The position numbers and the translations under genes are program-made. Below the pieces are notes generated by a model, which ran no database searches, was not told the DNA's origin, and saw nothing but the letters and a program-made list of their open reading frames with translations. Positions 27,301 to 35,129 of a stretch of DNA of 64,000 nt are shown here, piece after piece. The number at the start of each line of letters is the position of its first letter. The first letter of the stretch is position 1. This stretch comes from Candidatus Ozemobacteraceae bacterium (lineage in GTDB: Bacteria; Muiribacteriota; Ozemobacteria; Ozemobacterales; Ozemobacteraceae): positions 1,728,001-1,792,000 of the forward strand of contig OZ223236.1 of assembly GCA_965140445.1 (NCBI GenBank), in the 5' to 3' direction.

Positions 27301-29524
27301 CTGGGTTAATGGTGATTGTGTTTCCGGAAACGCTAATTGTGTAACTGGCTGGAGTTGCTCCCCATAGAAGTCTTACGGTTGATGTTGTAACTGAAGTAGG
27401 AGATAGGTTTTCTGAAAAAACAATTTGCGGAGTGGTATTTATTGTAACTCCATTGGCGGTATTTAGCGGGTTAACAGAGGTGAGGGTTGGGAAATTTACC
27501 CGGCATTGTTTGTAAACAGTGGTCGAAGCTGTTCTTATTTCATAGGTGTGAGAACCTGACCAGAGAGAGCTAATTGAAGTTGAGGTAAGGAAGTCGGTAG
27601 AGTTTGCTGTTGGCTGAACTGCGGAAAGATTTTGTTGAAATACTCCATCCAGATAAAGAGAGAGAGTGGCTAAATCAACAGTATTAAATGCAGGGTCAAT
27701 TGATTTCAGTTTAAAATATATTGTTGAGGTGGCATTAATTTCGTCCAGATTGTTTATGGCGATTGTTCGGGCTGGGTCTTTGTACATAAACAAGTCTTGA
27801 ACTTCGCTTGCAATAACTCCGGACTGTGCTTTTTGGGTTTGAAAAGTAATGGTAGCAGGGGCCCATAATTGCGAACCAATGGAATCGAAAACGTCTGACG
27901 CTAGAGAAAGGCGATAATTAGTTTCTAATAGTAACTCAGAATTGATTCTGAAGTTAAATTCAGTAGAGGTTCCCGAGTCGTAGGTTAGCGGGATTGCTGT
28001 GTTGTCTGGAGCAAAAACCTTTACTTTATTGTTGACCAGCGTTGTATATGAAGCCTGGTTCATTGCTTTATCAAATTTGATTGTGATTAGATTTCCCGAG
28101 CTTGCAATTACCCCAGTTGACGATTGGAAAGCACTTCTTCCTCCAGCTGAATTGATTGTTTGCGCGATGCAACTAGAGGTAGCAAGCTCTGCAAAATCGG
28201 CTTCTATAGAAACATTAGTTCCTTGAATTGGTGGGCCCTCTAAATGCAGAACTTTGTCGGACTTCTTCCAGGAAAGATTTGCTGGGAATTTAAGTTCTTT
28301 TTTGTAAAATCTGAATTCGGTAAAGCCTGAAAGAATAACCATTCCAGCATATTGCTTGCCGCTGATAGTGCATGGAAAAATGCAGCTGTATCCATTATAG
28401 GGAGAAAATGACTCGTGGATGCTGGTTGTATTTTTAAGCAAAATATCTTTTATTGTGTTGTCACCTGCAGAGGGGGAGGGGAGGGAGAAGTTTGTTTCGA
28501 AGTTGTCATAACCTTGAACTCCAACCCCGTATGTGCTTTGCCATGTTGAAGTTATTGCGGTTGCTGTGCCACCAGAAAAGGTGGTAGGTGCGGTGAAGGT
28601 GCAAGGCATGTAATAAGCAGTTGCGCCGTTAATCCAGGAAAGATAAATTATCCCTGTTCTGGGATTTTGAGAAATTGCGACCTGGCTTGAGGATATATTA
28701 GAAAGGCTGATGGTTGTGGTTGCAGTATTGGGAAAATCATTCTCTTTAAAGGTTACAATATTCACTTCAGAAGCTGATTTAGGATAAGTAAATGCTACGT
28801 AAGTGTCAGTTCCGGAATTTATTCGACACCCAGAAACTCCAAAGCTTGAGTCTGTATCTGTATTGGTGAGAGTTATTTCAGAACCAAAAGTACCACTATA
28901 TTTGTTGTAGTGAATTTTATTGTCTTGGGCAACCCAAAAAAAGTATAGCCCTGATAGCGTTTCTACCATTGCATGGGGTTTGGATAGGTTGTTTGTGGAT
29001 AAAAGCTTTGGAAATCCAGCGGTTACGGTGGAAAGAAGATTAGCTTCATTTGAATATGCTAGAAGCTCAATTTCATGTGCTGCAGTTAGTTTCATTCTGG
29101 AAATAATAAATGACCCATCAGATATTCCATAAGATGAACTTGGTCTAACTTGCTTTGCCTGCATTGAAAACTCAAAAAAGTTTGGAGCTCCGCCCCCAGA
29201 CTTTGAAAAACTCCAGGCGTTTGAAGAGTAATTGGTTAGCCATGGGGAAAAATCTGTAGAATATGCAGAAATAGCACCTATTGTATTTATGGTTCCAGAT
29301 GAGTTGAAGTATGCTCGGTCTGGATATGTTGCTCGTTTTGCTATCTCTCCGGTGTCGAAACTGAATGTTGCAGCATATGTGCTTAATGCCGGAACGTCCA
29401 AATGAATTGTTTGAACAGCTTGAAGAGATGGTGAAAAAATCCCTAATATAAAAAAACAGACTAGGTAAAAAATCCCCAGTTTGTTATTTTTTGATTTTCT
29501 GTTTTTTTCTGTAAGTCTCTTCAT
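21341..29524 (-). CDS. Giant secreted Ser/Thr-rich protein with ~10 Big_5 (SbsA-type Ig) domains alternating with a second repeated module, and a C-terminal T9SS-CTD/FlgD-like domain
   Basis: Signal peptide after the ATG at 29524 (ORF extends to 29635). Repeated P.L.S..PASGATNV...I...FS..I...D..GN.L....F.T units. C-terminal VFVYPSPARG...LRVFDTAG...ANGVYFFKI...KGKFAVLR. Confidence 0.85.
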   Translation of the reverse strand: MKRLTEKNRKSKNNKLGIFYLVCFFILGIFSPSLQAVQTIHLDVPALSTYAATFSFDTGEIAKRATYPDRAYFNSSGTINTIGAISAYSTDFSPWLTNYSSNAWSFSKSGGGAPNFFEFSMQAKQVRPSSSYGISDGSFIISRMKLTAAHEIELLAYSNEANLLSTVTAGFPKLLSTNNLSKPHAMVETLSGLYFFWVAQDNKIHYNKYSGTFGSEITLTNTDTDSSFGVSGCRINSGTDTYVAFTYPKSASEVNIVTFKENDFPNTATTTISLSNISSSQVAISQNPRTGIIYLSWINGATAYYMPCTFTAPTTFSGGTATAITSTWQSTYGVGVQGYDNFETNFSLPSPSAGDNTIKDILLKNTTSIHESFSPYNGYSCIFPCTISGKQYAGMVILSGFTEFRFYKKELKFPANLSWKKSDKVLHLEGPPIQGTNVSIEADFAELATSSCIAQTINSAGGRSAFQSSTGVIASSGNLITIKFDKAMNQASYTTLVNNKVKVFAPDNTAIPLTYDSGTSTEFNFRINSELLLETNYRLSLASDVFDSIGSQLWAPATITFQTQKAQSGVIASEVQDLFMYKDPARTIAINNLDEINATSTIYFKLKSIDPAFNTVDLATLSLYLDGVFQQNLSAVQPTANSTDFLTSTSISSLWSGSHTYEIRTASTTVYKQCRVNFPTLTSVNPLNTANGVTINTTPQIVFSENLSPTSVTTSTVRLLWGATPASYTISVSGNTITINPDDSSEGYLFPDSTYQIQFGYGIQDLKGNPYFNNPATYTSSFSTQASQTRPISISNVSLYSDSGFSSLLPHNEDFSATGTIYIKMTGVDGSSLTRDYAIASISTGLTVNLTETASFTGVFRGSYSFNSLPDRFNLKVDSAKTPTSSASLLITYPRATPISPASAATNVPVNSTITIQADEAINPASINSTNLKLTLNGTSVDVNRSYNAITRQITLSPTSLMQSEKTYVVTVSGLLDSKGNPQLSPLIYSFKIEDIIPPTLTGNYPANGASNVTIDQRISLSFSEDMLASSATPGTIKITRNGLPASYTAIVSGNKITIDPDDSSESLLTTESTYVCQVGPSVTDLAGNGLSNVPATFTFSFSTQPAITQPSSLVSINLYRDALYTDGFAAMESIPATSTIYIKTTGVDGATQTQDLATISLSLSWGPLYKIALQETASNSSGLFTGSFNLNSLPVYGYPTPQPPLSIATISVFPEITPSKIATLTLGFPSVDHPKTLVQGISGVSNASGAINVRVDSNITTAFNIPLSSPGSSTSFIVASGATPISGSRLLSTDKKSITFTPSSSLPYSSKISVSGKYANDGLTSTTGNPLFRDFLFSFTTQAAQTPPSAISQFKIYSSPTYNALSELNTNSDFPGSGTIYLEITGTDLAPNTIDSTIASISTGVNIQLMETGFNTGLFRGSYNYSPLGNGFKLIASSKTNPAASQTLLLSYPSLSQSIPASGATNVSINTAIELLADEQLNASTVSTSSIQLIKSGGSSIPINVAYNATGKKIVITPMSPLEYATDYFIRASNIRDEIGNTTLTTYLSTFKTQITSVPPVTVNSIRLFSNSAFTTELANNDMIAPSSEIFVQISAVDLSNVTNDSTKITISSDKTAASFTVTLVETGVNTGIFRGSKEVFSDESASILFSSLTNPTINKSLKTFYYPKVTSISPASGSLNLYLNNEFTLGFNKNISAPTISTSSIKLISNGNLASYTLTQTAPTSIKIMSELEPSAIVILQIEPILKDTDNLPLQNFTASFTTLTPTFSTLELFKDAARTQSIASGSSIEQNTIIYTLLSGSDSFFNKTETTPVKFSTIASTSLFTCTEGLAGKFAGQFIAPSQEGLLRIIPEKAPWLESQLNILPAFSVLSFTPASGSTGVAADTWPSWNFSRPVSPSDVSLSNFKLIKVSTGLEVPSTISTSPSGKQIRIQPNNILSLVSLYEMRVPATIKDTAGNLLGKTIISRFETQPPPPPPTIISKLANFETSNYATSTLAVATNGTLYLELVANDLSFSTIDTAKLRIDSSDGTIDGLELVMVETDPPSGIYRYALPVNLPVGTTIKVQSQVNTTFNLNIVVSNRTKITSVNPASGSTNLFLDKPIELTFSQPINPSTLQLGLTSQSQNSSSPTLLDFSTTNLNKTISVSPKFGWATGTINRISINTSLHDSNGLFLNPESLSFSTLSITSASMEIYTGLSPESLKPISQTMEAAAGNIEILATTTNAFETRAETRTVAISIGTSSYQIVLPEVAGFPGSFKNSFSLPGSYSENATATLQFFTTPSLSFKIASLPNLLGIFPATGATNVSDVTSIVASFSRKMSAKTANNAVSVSHSQGVTNFNLSLNSTDSYNLAWNPAKALPANASCTILFSGLTDYLGQPLNPAPRIFSTGGQQGINLYTDSDFLLPITGDTLTQNTIYVEVSASNTAQLDSSISYSLNIKQAATSTQTASLKLEPAATGSGKFRCQFNISPTKAIPQHPLSLNPGEWIELSAPQLSNDQKKYFYKLSNSASPQKILGVNLFSEKNFAKPVSGRLLNPSLFIEIVAEDLNWYTQDNTVVWIYSESDRAGFKTRAYEIAAHSNSFRTFVTINSEFSRASSGQLKALPGETIYIVSDKDPSIKTSIKYLPENRLDNVFVYPSPARGNQVTFTYYLNFPGNLELRVFDTAGDQVYGKYLRGQEGENRHTWRIPSRIANGVYFFKISLESDAAYPTTRKRAKGKFAVLR

Positions 29525-29619
29525 AACCGTTTTTTGTTGTGTTTTTTGCCTCTGTGGTAAATCAGGTACAGAATTTGCTTGCATATACATAGCGCCAATT
29601 ATATTTCTGGAGGTAAGCC

Positions 29620-31014
29620 GTGAAACTAAATACAAAGATAATGGTCTTAATGATCTTAACCATTCTACTACCTATGACTACCGGCTGTCTATTCAAGAGT
29701 GGATCAAATCCTGTTGCTGATACCTCCGCAGCTCAAACATTGGCGCAAAATGTTTCAAACCCCGTTACTGCTCAGAAGTTGGCGTGCTCTTATGCCAAAC
29801 CTTCCACTGAAAGAAAGTTTACATTTTCCCGTTCTAATCATGAATTGAGTCACAAATTTAAGGAAAACATCAGACGAGTAGCCGGAAGCTTGAAGTTTTG
29901 TCTCTATGGCTCTTCTAATACAGATAATATTTTTATTACCCTCGAAAAGATGACTGTTAAGCCTGAGAGAGGTCCTAAAGTAAGCGTGAATATTTCAGAG
30001 AGAAAAATTGATCTTCTCTCTGCCACGGATTTGTCAGAAGTTCTTGCTGACGCTGAACTACCAGAAGGCAAATACAAGTATATGGAGTTCTATATCAAGA
30101 GTGCTGAGATTGCCATTGATGGTCAAACTCACAATATGTTTGTTCCAGCAAGAAAAGTAAGATTTTTCGGTTCATTTGAAATTAAAGAGGGCTACACAAC
30201 TAACCTGTCGGTTAAATTTATGCATCGCGTAGTAAAATGGAGATTTTTTGGCAGAAATTTCTATGTTTTTATTCCAATAGTGAGAATTTCCTCTGAGCTT
30301 GTTCTTAAACCGGTTGATCCAGCAATTACAGAAGGTGATGTGGATGGATGGGTTGAGAACTTTGTAAGCTTGCAAAAGCTCAGTGGAGTTGCTGTAAGTC
30401 TTGAAGGAACAGGTTTTAATGCTGTTACTGATGCTGAAGGAAAATTTAGTTTTGCAAGTGTTCCCGCTGGGGTTTACAACTTAAAAACCTCCCATCCCGA
30501 TTTTCTCGATGGAAGTTTTAGCGTCGAGGTATTAGCAGGACAGGTGGCGTCCGTTTCTGCTCAGATTAATCCGGCTGTTATTAGGAGTTCCGTTGGAACA
30601 ACCGGTTGGTTCTCAGAAATTTATCCTCTTGCTGAAGCAAATGGAACTTATGGCGAAACTTCTATCGAGACGCCTATAGAAATTGACTTTGTGAGTCTAG
30701 CATTCACAAAAGCTGAAATAAAATTTACTGGTGAATATCATGGTGCTGGTGCTGGTAGATTCCACGCATTCCTGGCTTCGAATCAGCAGATTAGTGCTGA
30801 CGATGATCTTGGAAGTTGGTGGGCTGGTTATACGGCATCAACTGGGACATTCTTAGGTGAGTATTATGCTAGAAATCCTGGTGTTGAGTATGTTGTAGAT
30901 GTAACTGACGCGATAAGAAACAATCCAAGCAATGCTTACTTTTTGGCAGCAAAGAATCTGGATTTGATCGATATTAAGATTTCAAATATTCAACTTTCTA
31001 TTTACTATCGATAA
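29620..31014 (+). CDS. Lipoprotein with a DUF4382-like domain and a carboxypeptidase-regulatory-like beta-sandwich
   Basis: GGAGGT RBS with GTG start, lipobox TTGC, IDLLSA...LADAELPEGKYKYM (DUF4382-like), VTDAEGKFSFASVPAGVYNL (CarboxypepD_reg-like). Confidence 0.75.
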   Translation: MKLNTKIMVLMILTILLPMTTGCLFKSGSNPVADTSAAQTLAQNVSNPVTAQKLACSYAKPSTERKFTFSRSNHELSHKFKENIRRVAGSLKFCLYGSSNTDNIFITLEKMTVKPERGPKVSVNISERKIDLLSATDLSEVLADAELPEGKYKYMEFYIKSAEIAIDGQTHNMFVPARKVRFFGSFEIKEGYTTNLSVKFMHRVVKWRFFGRNFYVFIPIVRISSELVLKPVDPAITEGDVDGWVENFVSLQKLSGVAVSLEGTGFNAVTDAEGKFSFASVPAGVYNLKTSHPDFLDGSFSVEVLAGQVASVSAQINPAVIRSSVGTTGWFSEIYPLAEANGTYGETSIETPIEIDFVSLAFTKAEIKFTGEYHGAGAGRFHAFLASNQQISADDDLGSWWAGYTASTGTFLGEYYARNPGVEYVVDVTDAIRNNPSNAYFLAAKNLDLIDIKISNIQLSIYYR

Positions 31015-31045
31015 ACAATTTAGTTCATAACATCCCAATTGCTTT

Positions 31046-31076
31046 TCCCCGGTTAATAGCCGGGGATCTTTTTTTT
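31046..31076 (+). terminator. Intrinsic terminator between the convergent lipoprotein gene and mraY
   Basis: TCCCCGGT-TAATA-GCCGGGGA followed by a T-run. Confidence 0.7.
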
Positions 31077-32178
31077 AGATTGCCACAAGTCTTGATGCAA
31101 ACATGGTGAGACCTATCAGAGCCATCATCATTCCAACAATCCAAAATCTAATAACTACTTTTTCTTCTGCCCAACCTGAAAGTTCAAAATGATGATGTAT
31201 AGGACTCATTTTGAAAATTCGTTTTCCTTTTGAAATTTTAAAATAACTTACCTGAAGCATTACCGAAAGAGCTTCTACCACAAAAATTCCGCCTATTACC
31301 GCCAGGAATATTTCTGTTTTTGTGCATACGGCGATTGATGAAAGTGCTCCGCCTAGGGCAAGCGAGCCTGTGTCTCCCATAAATACCGCGGCGGGATGGG
31401 CATTGAACCATAGAAAGCCCAGGCAACCCCCAACGATAGAGGCGCACATTACTGCGAGCTCTCCTGAGCCAGGAATAAAAACCACTCCCAGATGTCTTGC
31501 AAAAATTATATTGCCACAAACATAAGCAATGAAAAGAAATGGTATTGCTGCTACAACCATTGTGCCTGCAGCCAGGCCATCAAGGCCATCAGTAAGATTT
31601 ACTGAATTTGTAGAACCAACAATTACTGCAATTACGAATGGAATGAAAAGCCAGCCCAGGTCTATTGCTCCAAGAACTGGTATTTGAGTGGAAGTTGAAA
31701 GAAGGTTACATCCAGGACCCTGGTTGTGGGGAAGATTTAACTCAAATCTTAGCTCTGGGAAAAATTGAATGGCTAACCCGGCAATAAGTGCTACTATGAT
31801 TTGCCCAAGAAGTTTTTGTCTGGCAGTTAATCCGAGAGATCTTGCTTTTACTACTTTTGTGATATCGTCGAAAAAGCCAATAAGTCCCATTCCTACGGTT
31901 GTAAAGAGGGCTATTGCGACAAAAGCATTCCACTTTGTCCATAAGATAGTTGTTATCATGAGTGGGATAAGGATTATTATGCCCCCCATGGTTGGGACAC
32001 CGGCTTTTTTAAGGTGCTCCTGAACGCCTTCTTCGCGTATTGTTTGACCAATTTGTCTGCTTTTTAAATTAAAAATTACTCTTGGAGCAATAATCATGGC
32101 GAGAAGGAATGATGTAACAATAGAAAAAATAATTCTAATGGAAAGTGGCGCAAAAATTGAACTAAACGTAGGAATCAC
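31075..32178 (-). CDS. mraY: Phospho-N-acetylmuramoyl-pentapeptide transferase
   Basis: KAGVPTMGG, GFFDD, NSVNLTDGLDGL, FNAHPAAVFMGDTG, MSPIHHHFEL. Confidence 0.97.
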   Translation of the reverse strand: MIPTFSSIFAPLSIRIIFSIVTSFLLAMIIAPRVIFNLKSRQIGQTIREEGVQEHLKKAGVPTMGGIIILIPLMITTILWTKWNAFVAIALFTTVGMGLIGFFDDITKVVKARSLGLTARQKLLGQIIVALIAGLAIQFFPELRFELNLPHNQGPGCNLLSTSTQIPVLGAIDLGWLFIPFVIAVIVGSTNSVNLTDGLDGLAAGTMVVAAIPFLFIAYVCGNIIFARHLGVVFIPGSGELAVMCASIVGGCLGFLWFNAHPAAVFMGDTGSLALGGALSSIAVCTKTEIFLAVIGGIFVVEALSVMLQVSYFKISKGKRIFKMSPIHHHFELSGWAEEKVVIRFWIVGMMMALIGLTMFASRLVAI

Positions 32179-32196
32179 CCCCTGTATTGGGAAATC

Positions 32197-33585
32197 CTAG
32201 TGAAGTTCCTTTCCTAAATCAGGCCAGATGCTTTGGATTATTTGCTCAAAGTGCATTCCGCGGCTTGCCTTAAAGAGGATTGTGTCACTCTTTTTTAATT
32301 TCCCTACTAAGTATTCGGCTGCTTGTGCGTTTGAGTTTAGGCTGATTACGTTGGTTTCGCTCATTTTATTTAAAATTGCTTCTTTGGCAATGAATTTGGC
32401 TTCATTGCCAACTGTGATTAAAAGATCTATTTTATTCTCAGAAACAGCTTTTCCAATTTCACGATGCAATTCTTCTGATTTATCTCCAAGCTCTCTCATA
32501 TCGCCTAATACGGCTATTTTTCTTTTCGGGCATATTCCAAGAAAATTAAGAGCTTCTTTCATTGAGGAAGAGTTGGCATTGTAGCAGTCAACAAGAACGT
32601 TAATGCCATCTTTTTCGTGGGCTTCCATTCTTGCTTGAACCTGTTTGAAGGAGGAGAGGTGTTCTGCGGCTTCTGCTGGATCAAAATTTGTGGCAGAGGC
32701 TGTTGCGATGGCAATGCTGGCGTTTAGTGCATTGTGTTTGCCTAAAACGCTTAACTGACATGAAAAATTTTTGTCCTCTGTGTTTATTGAAAAATTTATG
32801 CCTGAAAGATCCATTTTGACGTTTGACAGCTTGAAGTCTGATTCGGCCGTAAACCCAACGGTAATTGTTTTTGCTTGTGAGGTTTGCTTTAAAAAATTAC
32901 AAAATTCGCTGTCAGCAGGGATGATAGCTTTGCCGTTTTCTGGAAGTTTTTCCAATATCTCGCTTTTGGCTTTTGCGATATTTTCAAGATTGCCAAGTAT
33001 TCCTATGTGTGCTGGTCCAATGTTGGTGATAATTGAAATTTGTGGTTTGGCGATTTCGCAAAGCCTTTTAATTTCTCCAAGGTGGTTCATTCCCATCTCG
33101 ATTATTGCAATTTCGGTGTCAAAGGGGGTCGATAAAATTGTTAATGGGAGACCTATATGGTTATTTAGGTTGCCTTTGGTGGCAAAGGTTTTCAATTTTT
33201 TGGAGAAGATGTGAAGAAGCATTTCTTTGGTTGTTGTTTTGCCATTGCTTCCTGTAACTCCAATGAATGTTGCAGAATGTTGATCTCGGTAATAGCCAGC
33301 TACATCTTGAAGAGCTTTTAATGTGTCCTTAACCAGAATGACCGAAGTGTTCTCCGGCAATTTTTGGGGAGCGCTGGAAAGAATTAATACAGAACTCTTT
33401 TTTTGAACTGCTGTCTCAATAAATTTATGTCCATCAAAGTTGTCACCAGTTAGGGCAATGAATACGTTGTTTTTTTCAATGGTTCTGGTGTCTGTAGAGA
33501 ATCCGGTGATTAAAGGCGATGAATCTGAAAGTAAATCGCCTTGCGTTGCCTCTAAAATTTTAGCCAGCGACCAGTTAAACTTCAT
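32197..33585 (-). CDS. murF: UDP-MurNAc-tripeptide--D-Ala-D-Ala ligase
   Basis: DTR, FDGH, VTGSNGKTTTKE, NNHIGLP, EMGMNHLGEI, DCYNAN, KASRG. Confidence 0.96.
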   Translation of the reverse strand: MKFNWSLAKILEATQGDLLSDSSPLITGFSTDTRTIEKNNVFIALTGDNFDGHKFIETAVQKKSSVLILSSAPQKLPENTSVILVKDTLKALQDVAGYYRDQHSATFIGVTGSNGKTTTKEMLLHIFSKKLKTFATKGNLNNHIGLPLTILSTPFDTEIAIIEMGMNHLGEIKRLCEIAKPQISIITNIGPAHIGILGNLENIAKAKSEILEKLPENGKAIIPADSEFCNFLKQTSQAKTITVGFTAESDFKLSNVKMDLSGINFSINTEDKNFSCQLSVLGKHNALNASIAIATASATNFDPAEAAEHLSSFKQVQARMEAHEKDGINVLVDCYNANSSSMKEALNFLGICPKRKIAVLGDMRELGDKSEELHREIGKAVSENKIDLLITVGNEAKFIAKEAILNKMSETNVISLNSNAQAAEYLVGKLKKSDTILFKASRGMHFEQIIQSIWPDLGKELH

Positions 33586-35062
33586 CGTCGCCTCTGAAAA
33601 AAGCTCTTACTACTTCCCGGTCGTCAAAGGGGATGGTTTTGTCTGCAAAAGTTTGCCCTGTTTCGTGTCCTTTGCCGGCTATAACGACCGTATCTCCTGA
33701 CTTAGCTGATTTGAGGGCCATTTTTATTGCCTCAAGCCGGTCAGCTTCTGAGTATACTTCCTTCCCTACGATCTTTTTCTCGCTATTTATGCCATCCAAA
33801 ATTTGCTCAATAATGGCAGATGGGTTTTCTTTTCTGGGATTGTCGCTTGTGACAATTGTGATTTCAGAGTTTTGATAAGCAATTTTTCCCATTATTGGTC
33901 TTTTCTCGTGTGATCTATTGCCTCCACAACCGAAAACTGTTATGACTCGACCGTTTGTGAATGGTCTAACTGTTTTTAAAACGTTTTCCATTGCTGCCGG
34001 GCTGTGAGCATAGTCCACAATTACATTAAATCCGTTGGAATTTTTTATTGATTCAAATCTTCCGGGAACTCTTTTTACAGATTCGAGTCCCGTAATGATT
34101 GTATTCCACTCGATACCAATAGAGTGACAAAGTCCTGCTGCCATTAAAGCATTAAAGACATTGAAGGAGCCAGCCAGGCTTATATTGCATTCATGACAAG
34201 AGTTTTTGTAAACAATTGAAAAATGTGTTTTCATTCCAGACATTTCAATTGCTTTAGCAAAAATGTCGGCCTCTGGATTGACTATAGATACTGTGATTAC
34301 ATTTTTACCATCTGCTTTGCATTTTTTTGCCAGGCGGGTTCCGTAGTCGTCATCGATTCCAATTACGCATGGCTTTTCTTTTGTTCCTCGTTCAAGGAAG
34401 AGAGTGGATTTTGTAAGAAAGTAATCATCCATGTCGGGGTGAAACTCGGTATGCTCAAGCGAAAGGTTTGTAAACCCTGCTGAGCAAAAGCTGATATCAT
34501 CAACTCTGTGGTTTTTTAGTGAGTGTGAGCTCACCTCAATAACTCCGGCATTTATATTGTGATCAAGTGCTGAATTCAAGAGTGATGATATTACAAGCGA
34601 TTCAGGGGTGGTGTTTGCAGCAGGTAAAATTGCGTAGTCCATATCGTATTCTACGGTTCCAATTCTAAAAGCTTTTTCGTAAGCTTGTTTCAAAATCGCC
34701 TGAGTCATGTAGGAAATTGTTGTTTTTCCTTTGGTTCCGGTTATTCCGATGAGCTTTAGTTTGCTTGATGGGTCATTGAAATATTTTTTTGAAATTTCAG
34801 AAAGAGCTGCGCGAGCGTTATCTACTTTGATTACTGGAATCTCAATGTTCTTCCTGTTGCCCTCTGTTATTATTGCTGCGGCTCCACGCTCAATTGCGTC
34901 AAAAAGGAAGGCGTTTCCGTCAACATTTTGTCCAGCTAAAGCTACGAAAAGAAAACCTTCCCTAACTTTTCTGGAGTCGTAAGCTATGCCTGAAATGTTT
35001 ATGTCGATGTTTCCTGTTATGGAAATCACCTTTTCTGGCATGATTTTGCTTAATTTGGTCAT
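33575..35062 (-). CDS. murE: UDP-MurNAc-dipeptide--meso-DAP ligase
   Basis: DSRKV, ITGTKGKTT, EVSSH, VDYAHSP, DNPR (DAP-specificity motif), AGKGHE. Confidence 0.96.
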   Translation of the reverse strand: MTKLSKIMPEKVISITGNIDINISGIAYDSRKVREGFLFVALAGQNVDGNAFLFDAIERGAAAIITEGNRKNIEIPVIKVDNARAALSEISKKYFNDPSSKLKLIGITGTKGKTTISYMTQAILKQAYEKAFRIGTVEYDMDYAILPAANTTPESLVISSLLNSALDHNINAGVIEVSSHSLKNHRVDDISFCSAGFTNLSLEHTEFHPDMDDYFLTKSTLFLERGTKEKPCVIGIDDDYGTRLAKKCKADGKNVITVSIVNPEADIFAKAIEMSGMKTHFSIVYKNSCHECNISLAGSFNVFNALMAAGLCHSIGIEWNTIITGLESVKRVPGRFESIKNSNGFNVIVDYAHSPAAMENVLKTVRPFTNGRVITVFGCGGNRSHEKRPIMGKIAYQNSEITIVTSDNPRKENPSAIIEQILDGINSEKKIVGKEVYSEADRLEAIKMALKSAKSGDTVVIAGKGHETGQTFADKTIPFDDREVVRAFFRGDDEV

Positions 35063-35129
35063 CAATTTACCCCGGAGCCTTTTTTTTCAATGAAAGGATT
35101 TTATCAGGTTTTGCTTGAATTGTGAAATG

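Noticed and set aside
21750..29132. Many short plus-strand ORFs opposite the giant gene
   Set aside because: They are antisense shadows fully inside a well-supported CDS, with no recognisable motifs.
29525..29635. Extended N-terminus of the giant protein
   Set aside because: It would overlap the divergent gene and its RBS, and the signal peptide fits a start near 29524.
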